Shown here: one piece after another, positions 29,270-37,890 of the stretch | Position numbering within the stretch: the first letter of the stretch is position 1 | Layout: every line of letters begins with the position of its first letter | Source of the DNA: Escherichia virus TH40 | Length of the DNA stretch: 64,000 bases | Direction: 5' to 3' (one strand) | Sequence record: MT446411.1 | The notes under the pieces: generated by a model | Told to the model about the DNA's origin: nothing | The model's database searches: none | The model's input: the letters and a program-made list of their open reading frames with translations, nothing else | Made by a program: the position numbers and the translations under genes

Positions 29270-30016
29270 ATGATTTTATCCGGAAGAACTGTTGATGAAC
29301 TCAATGAAAAAGTCCAGGCTGCCTTGGCTGATAATTGGTATTTGTTTGGTTCTACTATGGTGTTGCCGAATACCCCTACAGATAGCAAAGAGCGTTTTTT
29401 CCAAACTATGTCCAGCTCGGAAACTCAGATACCGGGTCCGCCTGGTCCCAAAGGAGAACCGGGTGTACCAGGACCAAAAGGAGACCCAGGTGGGGATGGA
29501 AAATCTTCTTATCAGATATGGCTTGACTTGGGAAATACAGGAACTGTTGATGATTTTTTAACTGATACAGCAGGAAAGAGGGAAAAATCCGAGGTGTTTT
29601 GGAGTGGTATAAACGTTCTATTAACTAATGGTACGACTTCAAACATAATTAGTGTTTTAAAGGGGATTCCACCGACTGCAGGGACTCTATCTCCGTTTTT
29701 TAGAACCACTGATGATAAGTTGTGGCCATATAACCAAGACAGAAGCCTAATGTTTAAACTCAACCTTATTGGTAATTTTGCAGGAGCCTCGCAAGCTCGA
29801 AGTATAACATTAAATTTCGTTGGAACCAACGGAAACACTTATATACAGAATCGTCCGGAAAATGCTACAGATATTTTGTCTTTTACAACGTTCTTTAGCA
29901 TTGATAAAGATGGGGCAATGGCAACCAATGGTACAGCTATAACTGTTATGCCAAATGGCGGCAACTTTACAATAACCTCTGCATTGTTAGTAGCCGAACA
30001 AACAGCGACTTCATAA
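29270..30016 (+). CDS. Collagen-like repeat protein with tail-fibre-type motif (plus-strand island)
   Basis: 248 aa; GPPGPKGEPGVPGPKGDPGGDG Gly-X-Y run followed by KSSYQIWLDLGNTGTVDDFL; AAAGGAGAAAG SD; opposite strand to all neighbours. Confidence 0.6.
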   Translation: MILSGRTVDELNEKVQAALADNWYLFGSTMVLPNTPTDSKERFFQTMSSSETQIPGPPGPKGEPGVPGPKGDPGGDGKSSYQIWLDLGNTGTVDDFLTDTAGKREKSEVFWSGINVLLTNGTTSNIISVLKGIPPTAGTLSPFFRTTDDKLWPYNQDRSLMFKLNLIGNFAGASQARSITLNFVGTNGNTYIQNRPENATDILSFTTFFSIDKDGAMATNGTAITVMPNGGNFTITSALLVAEQTATS

Positions 30017-30017
30017 A

Positions 30018-30038
30018 CAAAAAAGGGCCGTATGGCCC
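30018..30038. terminator. Bidirectional terminator hairpin GGGCC-GTAT-GGCCC between convergent genes
   Basis: Forward acaaaaaaGGGCCGTATGGCCCtt; U-run is on the minus-strand transcript side. Confidence 0.45.
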
Positions 30039-30281
30039 TTAGATTGCACTCCAAAAATTATGGAATCTTATAGTATTGATAGCCCAGTTAACAAACCTGC
30101 GAGTTTGCTTGGGAGTTGGTTTGCATGTGTACTTGATATTGTCCCGACGACCAGTTTCACGACAGACTGCTTCGAGATACCAGCGGCGACCTTTATGAGG
30201 TCTTCCATACGATAAGAAGACCTTGATTTCCTGGTTATCGATAATAGGAATTGTGGTTGTCAAGATATACCTCCTCAACAA
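30039..30281 (-). CDS. Hypothetical basic protein (80 aa)
   Basis: ORF track; overlaps the end of the nucleotidyltransferase gene. Confidence 0.35.
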   Translation of the reverse strand: MLRRYILTTTIPIIDNQEIKVFLSYGRPHKGRRWYLEAVCRETGRRDNIKYTCKPTPKQTRRFVNWAINTIRFHNFWSAI

Positions 30282-31245
30282 ACTTGTCCCAGAACTTCAT
30301 GTCCACCTTCGCAGGCATACCGTTCTTATGAGCCCAGATGGCATTAGTTTCGACTTCATCAACGATAGCTTCAAGTTCAGCCTGTACATCTTTAAAAGCA
30401 TGTAGCCCTTGTTTGATTTCAAGGATAAACGGTGCTGTTCGTAAAGGATATTGAAGGTCACCGGTCATATAAATTTCCTTCAGCTGATATCCAGCACGAT
30501 AAGCATGGCTCAGAGCTTTCCAATCAATGCCTTCATTAGCTTCGGCCTTACGAGCACGTTCACCATATTCAGCATCAAGTTTATTCAGAGATTGCTTGAG
30601 CTCGATTAAGGACAAAGTGGTTTGGTATTTACGACCGAGGACAGTATAGAACGTTTGAGGACCTGTTTTCTCATGGTTATGGAATACCCATTCACAGAAC
30701 TCGTTTTCGGGGAGTCGGTGCTTAATATCTTCTACCTTAGTTCGACGTTGCTTAACAGAACCATCTTCTTGATAATCGACCCACTGTTCAGGAATCTGGT
30801 TAACTATAGCTAGTACACCACGCAGTGCAGCCAGACGAGAACCTTTAACACCATATTTGGAAGCTTGCTTACGGACGTACCCTAAATAGGCTTTCATGTT
30901 AGTTGTATAGAACCGCGAACGGTTGTCTTGAATAAACTTCCATACATCTGGTAAATCGGATTTGACTACCAGGTCAGCCGGTGTGTGAATCATATCCAGG
31001 GCAACGGTTTCACCTTCGGCTGCCAGTTTAAAGAAATATTTCAGGCTATAAAGTTCATGGTCAACATCGTCTTTTGTGTTCTTTGATGCAGTGTTATTCG
31101 TGCTCAGGTTTGTATGGTTCATCGCGGTTCCGAGCAGGATATCTCGCGGATGTGGAACAAAGATTTCTTTAAAATCGACATCAGATTCTGGAGTACTTGT
31201 TCCATAAAGGTGGGAGCCAAAATATCCCTTCATAACTGTTTTCAT
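30235..31245 (-). CDS. Pol-beta-superfamily nucleotidyltransferase-fold protein
   Basis: 336 aa; N-terminal GSHLYGTSTPESDVDF matches the G[SG]-x(9-13)-D-x-[DE] NTase signature. Confidence 0.6.
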   Translation of the reverse strand: MKTVMKGYFGSHLYGTSTPESDVDFKEIFVPHPRDILLGTAMNHTNLSTNNTASKNTKDDVDHELYSLKYFFKLAAEGETVALDMIHTPADLVVKSDLPDVWKFIQDNRSRFYTTNMKAYLGYVRKQASKYGVKGSRLAALRGVLAIVNQIPEQWVDYQEDGSVKQRRTKVEDIKHRLPENEFCEWVFHNHEKTGPQTFYTVLGRKYQTTLSLIELKQSLNKLDAEYGERARKAEANEGIDWKALSHAYRAGYQLKEIYMTGDLQYPLRTAPFILEIKQGLHAFKDVQAELEAIVDEVETNAIWAHKNGMPAKVDMKFWDKFVEEVYLDNHNSYYR

Positions 31246-32048
31246 TATTCACCTCTTTCATAGTCTTCAATAAATTGCATAATTAAACGCTGATAATTGG
31301 ATTTAGGGTATCCTAATTTACTAATATGAGTACCAAAAGCTCCACGCTTTGGCCTATTTAATTTAAGCCATAACGAGTAAAGCAAATCATAATCTTGCCA
31401 CTGTTTTCCTATTCTTTGTTTTGCTTTAGAAGCATCAGATTGTCTCTTTTTAGTCTCTGGATTATTTAAAGATTTCTTAACAGCATTCGAATGACGTTCT
31501 CTAACATCTGGCCGTTTAAATGCTTCTTTAATCGCTTTAGAAATTTTCTCTTTAACTTCAGGACGGTTTTGGGCTTCTATTTGAACAGCCGACATTTTAT
31601 CCTTTATTTTGGGCAGACTCATAGTTATAGAGCGTTTGTTTCTATATTCTTTGGTCTTCCATATTTCTTTCATTGTATTCGAATGAATTTCTGAAAATTT
31701 TTCTCTAACTAATTGGTATCCCCTAGAAGTTAATTTAAGGTTTCTTCCCAGAGAATCTTCGCCGAAGTTATAAAATGACCACCAGGCATAAATTAATCCA
31801 GAAGAATCGGAATGAATTCTAGCTAGAAGCCAGTGTGCTATAAAATGTTCTCTAGCTGTCAACAGAACCAAATTATTAGGTTCATCACTCCCGCCAATAC
31901 ATGACGGGATTATATGATGGGACTCTGTATAAAAATTTAATTTGGATTTGTCTAATCCTCTAAGTTTACCTCTTTGGATTAGACTATCATAAAGCTTGAT
32001 ATAATTCATTATGAATTTGTTTTGTTCTCGAAGTGGATTACCGGACAC
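31245..32048 (-). CDS. HNH homing endonuclease with NUMOD-like C-terminal repeats (mob-like)
   Basis: 267 aa; HHIIP..GGSDEPNNLVLL..EHFIAHW HNH core; repeated RPEVKEK / RPDVRERH / NPETKKR modules; AT-rich. Confidence 0.8.
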   Translation of the reverse strand: MSGNPLREQNKFIMNYIKLYDSLIQRGKLRGLDKSKLNFYTESHHIIPSCIGGSDEPNNLVLLTAREHFIAHWLLARIHSDSSGLIYAWWSFYNFGEDSLGRNLKLTSRGYQLVREKFSEIHSNTMKEIWKTKEYRNKRSITMSLPKIKDKMSAVQIEAQNRPEVKEKISKAIKEAFKRPDVRERHSNAVKKSLNNPETKKRQSDASKAKQRIGKQWQDYDLLYSLWLKLNRPKRGAFGTHISKLGYPKSNYQRLIMQFIEDYERGE

Positions 32049-32467
32049 ATCTTAGATTTACGAGCTTTAATATATTGAATGAAAACATTTTCTTTAATTT
32101 CCTTTCCTTCACGTTTAGCTTTAATGCGTTCCCATTCTTTTTCTTCTTTACGTAAATCGTACCAGGCCCATAAATTCATTAGACCATACATTAGACCAAA
32201 TGCTACCGTCAGAATAAGAGCCAGTGTAGCTAGTCCTAAAATAAACCCTAAGCCTAAACCGACCGGGGTGCTTAATACAAAGAAATGCTCTAATACACCT
32301 GCACCCGCGACAGTTAATCCAAAAACCATACTACCGATAAAAACGGCACAAACAAAACAAGCCCAAACCATTTTCCAGAAATAAGCACACAAAGAGTGTG
32401 GACGAGAATGACGGTCATAAAAACGGTCGTGGAAACGAGCATGCCATGAGTTTGTATTGATAATCAT
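32009..32467 (-). CDS. Hypothetical multi-TM membrane protein (152 aa)
   Basis: ORF track; several hydrophobic helices. Confidence 0.45.
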   Translation of the reverse strand: MIINTNSWHARFHDRFYDRHSRPHSLCAYFWKMVWACFVCAVFIGSMVFGLTVAGAGVLEHFFVLSTPVGLGLGFILGLATLALILTVAFGLMYGLMNLWAWYDLRKEEKEWERIKAKREGKEIKENVFIQYIKARKSKMCPVIHFENKTNS

Positions 32468-32478
32468 AATAATTTTCC

Positions 32479-33039
32479 TTAAGAGTTCATAGTTGGGATA
32501 ACAGAGTTCAGATAAGAGACTAAAACTTTTAGCTCGTCCTTAGTAAATACCACTTCATTAAAACCATCGTGTACTTGGGTAATACATAGTTGGTCACGGC
32601 CGCCATGTTGAACAACAGCCAGTTCAGTATTATAATTCAATTCTTCTTCGTCGCCATCAAAGGTTTCACTGGAGTGAATCAGCGCATCTTGACCTGGCAC
32701 TTTCCATTCAACTTCTGGCTTACATTCTTCCTGGAAGAGTTTGAAAATACAATCAAAGAATTTATCAGAATCGCTGATACTTAGACATTTTTCATCTGTT
32801 TCAATATTAAACCCGCCATCGTGCTTATAAATGCGAGCGCATACGTCATCGTTAATATCAAATACACCACTAAAACTACCGCTAAGATATTCATCTTTAT
32901 CCAAAACCTTTAAATCATAAAGTGGTTTGATATCTTGGATAGTCAGTACGATTTTATCGTCTTCTTGACAAAGCTCAATTGCGTTATTAACTACTTTAGC
33001 GGTCAGTTCGCCAAACAATTCAGTTGTTTCAATAATCAT
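32479..33039 (-). CDS. Hypothetical acidic protein (186 aa)
   Basis: ORF track. Confidence 0.45.
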   Translation of the reverse strand: MIIETTELFGELTAKVVNNAIELCQEDDKIVLTIQDIKPLYDLKVLDKDEYLSGSFSGVFDINDDVCARIYKHDGGFNIETDEKCLSISDSDKFFDCIFKLFQEECKPEVEWKVPGQDALIHSSETFDGDEEELNYNTELAVVQHGGRDQLCITQVHDGFNEVVFTKDELKVLVSYLNSVIPTMNS

Positions 33040-33051
33040 TTTAATTTCCTC

Positions 33052-33342
33052 TTAACGGTTATGTTTTAAAATACTATAAAGAGCTTCTACTTGGCTTGCA
33101 TCCAGGTAAATAACATCATCATCTTGCTCAATGGAAATACCACCAGTATTACCTGCAACAAAATTACATTCGCACACTTCAACGGGACGGTATACGTCAC
33201 CAACTGGATGCTCAGGCTCCAGAACAATAATACCATTTTCAGAATTACCACTAGGGTCATATAACATTACAGTTTCCTCGCTAACCATGAAAAGAATAAA
33301 CCAATTAAAACAGGCCCTACAGCCATTATTAACCAAGCCCAA
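33052..33342 (-). CDS. Hypothetical protein (96 aa)
   Basis: ORF track. Confidence 0.4.
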   Translation of the reverse strand: MGLVNNGCRACFNWFILFMVSEETVMLYDPSGNSENGIIVLEPEHPVGDVYRPVEVCECNFVAGNTGGISIEQDDDVIYLDASQVEALYSILKHNR

Positions 33343-33358
33343 GGTTCAAGATAGTAAA

Positions 33359-33616
33359 TCATCTCATGCTCCTATGCCAACAGTTTCTTGGTTCACGTTT
33401 AAAAACTTTATCATGCATTGATTGGCAACCAACACAATATATCACACCTTTAATCGCTTGTCTCCGCGCTTCAGGAATTTTTTCATCGCAGTCAAAACAG
33501 AATTCAGCAGACTCCCTTTCAACTGCAACCTGTGCTCTTGCATGGGTGATAGCGGCTTGTACAACCGCTTCCATCTCTAACTGTTCAGCGCCATCTTTTG
33601 CAAATCCAACAGCCAT
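33359..33616 (-). CDS. TraR/DksA-type C4 zinc-finger protein
   Basis: 85 aa; CFDCDEKIPEARRQAIKGVIYCVGCQ (CxxC-x17-CxxC). Confidence 0.5.
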   Translation of the reverse strand: MAVGFAKDGAEQLEMEAVVQAAITHARAQVAVERESAEFCFDCDEKIPEARRQAIKGVIYCVGCQSMHDKVFKREPRNCWHRSMR

Positions 33617-33798
33617 TATGCTTTCAACTCATTCAGATACTCAACCAAGGCTGCTTTAGAGTTAGCCAAATCTCGTTTACACTGCTCTATTCCGGAATAT
33701 GAATATCCTTCACAATGTTCTACTGCAATATCATAAGAATCACGTTCAATAGCAGTAGCAAGTTTAAGGATTTTTTCAATTTGTTCTAAAGTAATCAT
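33616..33798 (-). CDS. Hypothetical protein (60 aa)
   Basis: ORF track. Confidence 0.35.
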   Translation of the reverse strand: MITLEQIEKILKLATAIERDSYDIAVEHCEGYSYSGIEQCKRDLANSKAALVEYLNELKA

Positions 33799-33801
33799 AT
33801 G

Positions 33802-34005
33802 TCACCAGTATTTGTTAATGGTAGAAATTAATTCTTGGACTTGAGTATTTTTCAGTTTACACCCACAACTTTTTAATGTTTCTTTAAAAAGTTCAACATC
33901 TTTAAGTTGTTCCTTTTCCAGGCGGATTCTGTACCCCCCTGTAATCAGCAAATATACTTCTGTCATCAAATATCTTAATTTCAAGAATATGATTATTGGT
34001 TTCAT
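33802..34005 (-). CDS. Hypothetical protein (67 aa)
   Basis: ORF track. Confidence 0.35.
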   Translation of the reverse strand: MKPIIIFLKLRYLMTEVYLLITGGYRIRLEKEQLKDVELFKETLKSCGCKLKNTQVQELISTINKYW

Positions 34006-34038
34006 ATTCCAATGAAACCATGGTATTTGTAAGTTTCA

Positions 34039-34242
34039 TTATTCCACCACATATGATAATGAGAAAATTGCTGATGAAAGATGAGTAGCATCTTCTTCAC
34101 ACAGTTCAAATGGAGCTTTCTGTAAGAGTTCAACCACTTCTTCATCAGTGGCACTGTCCATAAAGATTGCATAATCATTAAGATAGATAACAACCTCATC
34201 ACCAGTATTAACTGCATCAATCTTGATATTTTTAATTCTCAT
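34039..34242 (-). CDS. Hypothetical acidic protein (67 aa)
   Basis: ORF track; type-A leader upstream. Confidence 0.4.
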   Translation of the reverse strand: MRIKNIKIDAVNTGDEVVIYLNDYAIFMDSATDEEVVELLQKAPFELCEEDATHLSSAIFSLSYVVE

Positions 34243-34341
34243 TGTGTTCTCCTCAGTAGTTGATGGGATAATAGTACACCCTTTTTATGAGGATGTAAAC
34301 CCCTAAATGAAAAAGGTCCACCCGAAGGCAGACCTTTTGAA

Positions 34342-34725
34342 TTACTCTAGTGTTAACAGATACTTAGTTTGAAAGAAAACTCCAACGATATCGTCCAGAG
34401 TCGATTGAATAGCCTTAGGTACAACTTTATAGACTCTTTCAGAGCTTTTAATCATTTCATCTAAAAACAAAATTGTATCTTTCGGCAAGTCCGAGGCGGA
34501 CGGTAATGCAGCTTTGTATTGTTTCCCACTGTAACCTAACCATTGTTCACTGAACTGGTCGAGTGGACCTTGGATTTCTGTGAAGTAGAAATCATAAGCT
34601 TTATGGCGGGCGTAACTTTTGGTTTCAAGATGGGCGGACTTAAAATATGCTAAAGAGGTTAATAGCCACCCAATGTATGAATCCACCTCAGACCCACGAC
34701 CTGTTACGAAATCATCGAATTTCAT
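34342..34725 (-). CDS. Hypothetical protein (127 aa)
   Basis: ORF track. Confidence 0.4.
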   Translation of the reverse strand: MKFDDFVTGRGSEVDSYIGWLLTSLAYFKSAHLETKSYARHKAYDFYFTEIQGPLDQFSEQWLGYSGKQYKAALPSASDLPKDTILFLDEMIKSSERVYKVVPKAIQSTLDDIVGVFFQTKYLLTLE

Positions 34726-35056
34726 CTTCCAATTTTACCTTCATTAATTTAGCGTATTCGACTGCAGCAGCCCGGCCATCAATTTGACATGTGATTTCAT
34801 TTACACATTGACTCTTATTGTTCCATTCAGTTTTAATAAAAGCCCAAAATTGTTCGGACTGCTCGACGCTGGGTTCTTTGAATTGCGAATAGATTTGCAT
34901 CGCACTATCTGCATATTGTGTAAATTTACCATCTGTAGCAGAGGACAGATTTGGGCCTAAACAGCCCATTAGTAATAGACTTAGAGAAAGTCCTCGAATA
35001 AGGTCCATAAAGGACTCCTTATTGTTGGTCATGATTACGCTTTGCAGCCTTAACAT
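34712..35056 (-). CDS. Putative lipoprotein (lipobox LLMGC); late-promoter-like TATAAATA upstream
   Basis: ORF track; LSLSLLLMGC signal; minus-strand TATAAATA at 35080-35087. Confidence 0.45.
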   Translation of the reverse strand: MLRLQSVIMTNNKESFMDLIRGLSLSLLLMGCLGPNLSSATDGKFTQYADSAMQIYSQFKEPSVEQSEQFWAFIKTEWNNKSQCVNEITCQIDGRAAAVEYAKLMKVKLEDEIR

Positions 35057-35082
35057 AGCGGAATACTAGTTAGTAACTGTAT

Positions 35083-35358
35083 TTATAATCTTTTAAACTT
35101 GAAACAATATATTGCAAATAAATCAGAAAAATGTCTATCAACCCATATTCTTTGCACTGGACTAGTAACAGTCAGCATATAATGTGCTTTTTGTAAATTT
35201 ATTCCATTTTTATTCGGGCATTCTTTATTAACAGAATGGTACGTGCTTGCTACTATTTCAATTTCCCTTTCATATCTCTCGCTATCTGTTTGTGTGGGGA
35301 TAAATGCAATTCCAGCAATAACAAAAATAGAGATATACGTCCAAATCTTATATATCAT
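35083..35358 (-). CDS. Hypothetical protein with N-terminal signal anchor (91 aa)
   Basis: ORF track. Confidence 0.4.
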   Translation of the reverse strand: MIYKIWTYISIFVIAGIAFIPTQTDSERYEREIEIVASTYHSVNKECPNKNGINLQKAHYMLTVTSPVQRIWVDRHFSDLFAIYCFKFKRL

Positions 35359-35365
35359 AAGGACC

Positions 35366-35938
35366 TCAGCTTGTCAATTCGAGCCAATGTTTCCTGCATA
35401 AAGATACGTACGATTCATTCCCACCAACTAACACTTGCTCGCCGTCCTTTACAGCAGCACCGTCGATTACTCGAGCGGTCATGGTTGCTTTCCGGCCGCA
35501 ATGGCAGACGCCCTTTAATTCAACCAGTTTATCCGAAATAGCCAGAAGTCTGGCTGAACCGGGAAATAACTGACCCCGAAAATCTGTTCTTAGCCCGTAA
35601 CACATAACGGGGATATTGTAATTATCAACCACTCGTGCTAACTGGTCAATTTGCTCTGGTAGCAAAAATTGAGCTTCATCGACCAGGACACAATGGATAT
35701 CCTTTTGAGACTCGGCCCATTTATAGAATTCAAACAGGTTCATGTCGGCCGTTACCAGGTTTGCTTCCTGGCTAATACCAATACGTGATTTAATTTCAGA
35801 TTCCGAGTCCCGATTATCAATAACAGGTTTTAGCAAAAGCACACTCATTCCACGCTCTTTATAGGAATAAGCTGCAGTCAGCAATGAAGCTGTTTTGCCT
35901 GCATTCATTGCTGCGTAATGATAAATTAAACTCGCCAT
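35366..35938 (-). CDS. tk: Thymidine kinase
   Basis: 190 aa; P-loop MNAGKT, zinc-site CHCGRKA..C, overall TK1 family pattern. Confidence 0.9.
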   Translation of the reverse strand: MASLIYHYAAMNAGKTASLLTAAYSYKERGMSVLLLKPVIDNRDSESEIKSRIGISQEANLVTADMNLFEFYKWAESQKDIHCVLVDEAQFLLPEQIDQLARVVDNYNIPVMCYGLRTDFRGQLFPGSARLLAISDKLVELKGVCHCGRKATMTARVIDGAAVKDGEQVLVGGNESYVSLCRKHWLELTS

Positions 35939-35947
35939 ATCACCTTC

Positions 35948-36133
35948 TTATTCTGTAATACTTTCCAGATAATTTTCTAAATCGTCTGAAGCCTTATTAA
36001 GGGCTTCTAGCGCTTTATAATAGTCTTCACGGGAGTAATATTCTGTATGAAGTTCTTCGTCGTATTCGCTTTTAGCATCAACAACAGTTTCAATCATATC
36101 CAGAATTTTATTTTTCTGTTCTTTAGTAATCAT
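35948..36133 (-). CDS. Hypothetical acidic protein (61 aa)
   Basis: ORF track. Confidence 0.35.
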   Translation of the reverse strand: MITKEQKNKILDMIETVVDAKSEYDEELHTEYYSREDYYKALEALNKASDDLENYLESITE

Positions 36134-36141
36134 AATATACC

Positions 36142-36327
36142 TTAAAGAGTATTCACATAAGCAATTAATTCGTTTTCTTTCTCATCAAACCGATTAGCAA
36201 ATTCTTCCTGATGTTCGGCATCTATCGGGCCGTATCCATCATAAAAAGCGTTCGCTTCCGTATGCTCGTCCAAAAGCTCATGGATAAGCTCAAACAATCT
36301 ACTTTTCTGACTAATACTTAAACTCAT
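36142..36327 (-). CDS. Hypothetical acidic protein (61 aa)
   Basis: ORF track. Confidence 0.35.
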   Translation of the reverse strand: MSLSISQKSRLFELIHELLDEHTEANAFYDGYGPIDAEHQEEFANRFDEKENELIAYVNTL

Positions 36328-36530
36328 TTCGGTTCACCTTGTTTTACAAAGTCTGGATACGGTTGAAACCCGGAATAGAAACCAGCGCCTGCATGATTCA
36401 CACACCCTTTATTAGAACAATAGCACCAATAATCAAAGTCACATATCATTTCATCGTTGCATAAAGCAAAAACAACTGGCCATTTACACTTTTCACAGTG
36501 AGCATTTTTAAGAATACTAGTTTGACTCAT
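36324..36530 (-). CDS. Cys-rich small protein (68 aa)
   Basis: ORF track; many Cys/His (CEKC..C..C..C.C..C..H). Confidence 0.4.
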   Translation of the reverse strand: MSQTSILKNAHCEKCKWPVVFALCNDEMICDFDYWCYCSNKGCVNHAGAGFYSGFQPYPDFVKQGEPK

Positions 36531-36981
36531 AATCCACCACTATCAAATCAATATCAGGAGTAAACATATCAATTAACCGGGAAACCTTATCCCAATCACC
36601 ACCTGCAATACCACAACCAATCCTGGGAATATAAATCACAGGCTTGAACAAAAGTGATTCTGCTTGTCGATTTAATTCTATCATGCAATTTACTAAAGCA
36701 CCATAATCCAGATTTGGACCCGGTTCATACTGGGTATAAAGGTTATAACACATACCAAATCCAGTTGGTTTATGTTTAAAAACGATAGACATATCACCGA
36801 GTTTTTCCCGGGAACCGTACTCAGTTGATGTCTTATCCATTTCTAAAATTTTTGGGTAAGCCTTTGCCAGTTGACCAGCAACGCCTGAACCCATTGTATG
36901 GAAGCAGTTACAGCCATGAGCTATGATGTTTCCTTCGAGAAAGAGGGCGACAATATCGCCCTTAATATAGTTAACAATCAT
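36517..36981 (-). CDS. Macro-domain protein (ADP-ribose binding/hydrolase fold)
   Basis: 154 aa; GDIV..NIIAHGCNCFHTMGSGVAGQL and later GCGIAGGDW match macro-domain glycine-rich loops. Confidence 0.65.
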   Translation of the reverse strand: MIVNYIKGDIVALFLEGNIIAHGCNCFHTMGSGVAGQLAKAYPKILEMDKTSTEYGSREKLGDMSIVFKHKPTGFGMCYNLYTQYEPGPNLDYGALVNCMIELNRQAESLLFKPVIYIPRIGCGIAGGDWDKVSRLIDMFTPDIDLIVVDYESN

Positions 36982-37337
36982 TTAGAGTTCAATCCTCTAT
37001 TATAGGAATCGACTAACCTGTCAACCATACTGGTGCAGGCCGCTTTATATTTGGCACTCGACAGAATACAATCCATTTCAAATAGTTTCTTTTCATATTT
37101 GTTGGATAAAGTACTCTTTTTCATAAGAGTGTGTTCAACATCATTTTGGCCGTCTTTATATGCCGCGGTGAGCTTGGCACTAAACCGGATTACACAATCC
37201 ACATTGCTTGATGCGCAATAATCTTTGGCCGTCCTCGTTGCATATTCTATGATGCTATTATTATCATCGCTCTGTACTGAAGCTATTCCTCCCGTGCTGA
37301 ATACTAACCCTATGGCTAAAGTTATGACTCTTACCAT
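36978..37337 (-). CDS. Hypothetical secreted protein (119 aa)
   Basis: ORF track; N-terminal signal peptide. Confidence 0.4.
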   Translation of the reverse strand: MVRVITLAIGLVFSTGGIASVQSDDNNSIIEYATRTAKDYCASSNVDCVIRFSAKLTAAYKDGQNDVEHTLMKKSTLSNKYEKKLFEMDCILSSAKYKAACTSMVDRLVDSYNRGLNSK

Positions 37338-37880
37338 TTAATCCACCATTTTTAATAGGCCTCGTGATTTTAAGTAGTTAGCTTTTTCTAGGACCTGTGA
37401 AGCATACGTATTTCCAGCTTTCACATTCCACCCTGCGTTATATGATGATAGTGTTTTTCTTATGTCCCCCTTGTGAATGTTCAACCAGTATGAAAGCTCA
37501 ATATAAGCCCAGCGCGCGCTGTTTTCTCTCTTGCTTATCATCTTGATTATTTCTTTATCTGTCATTGTCCACCCAACCTGTTTCACGCGTTCGCGCACGG
37601 TTGGAAGATAATTTTGGAATATACCATATGCATGATGCTTATCTTTATTTAATCCTGTATTAACACCAGCAGATGATTCCTGCCAGGTTAAACCAGCCAT
37701 GATATATCCCAAACCATTATGTTGGTGCGGATTTTCTTTGTACTTACCATTTTTCTGGAACTGTTCTCCAAATGCATACGCATATTGAAGATTTTCCATC
37801 TGTTCATTACTGAAAGTAGGCTCTACGCTATGGGCAGACATACTAACTGTCAATAGTAAGGTGGCGATTACTTTTTTCAT
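37338..37880 (-). CDS. Secreted lytic-transglycosylase-like (SLT domain) protein
   Basis: 180 aa; signal peptide; catalytic-region motif WQESSAG ... AYGIFQ. Confidence 0.55.
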   Translation of the reverse strand: MKKVIATLLLTVSMSAHSVEPTFSNEQMENLQYAYAFGEQFQKNGKYKENPHQHNGLGYIMAGLTWQESSAGVNTGLNKDKHHAYGIFQNYLPTVRERVKQVGWTMTDKEIIKMISKRENSARWAYIELSYWLNIHKGDIRKTLSSYNAGWNVKAGNTYASQVLEKANYLKSRGLLKMVD

Positions 37881-37890
37881 GAATTCCTCA

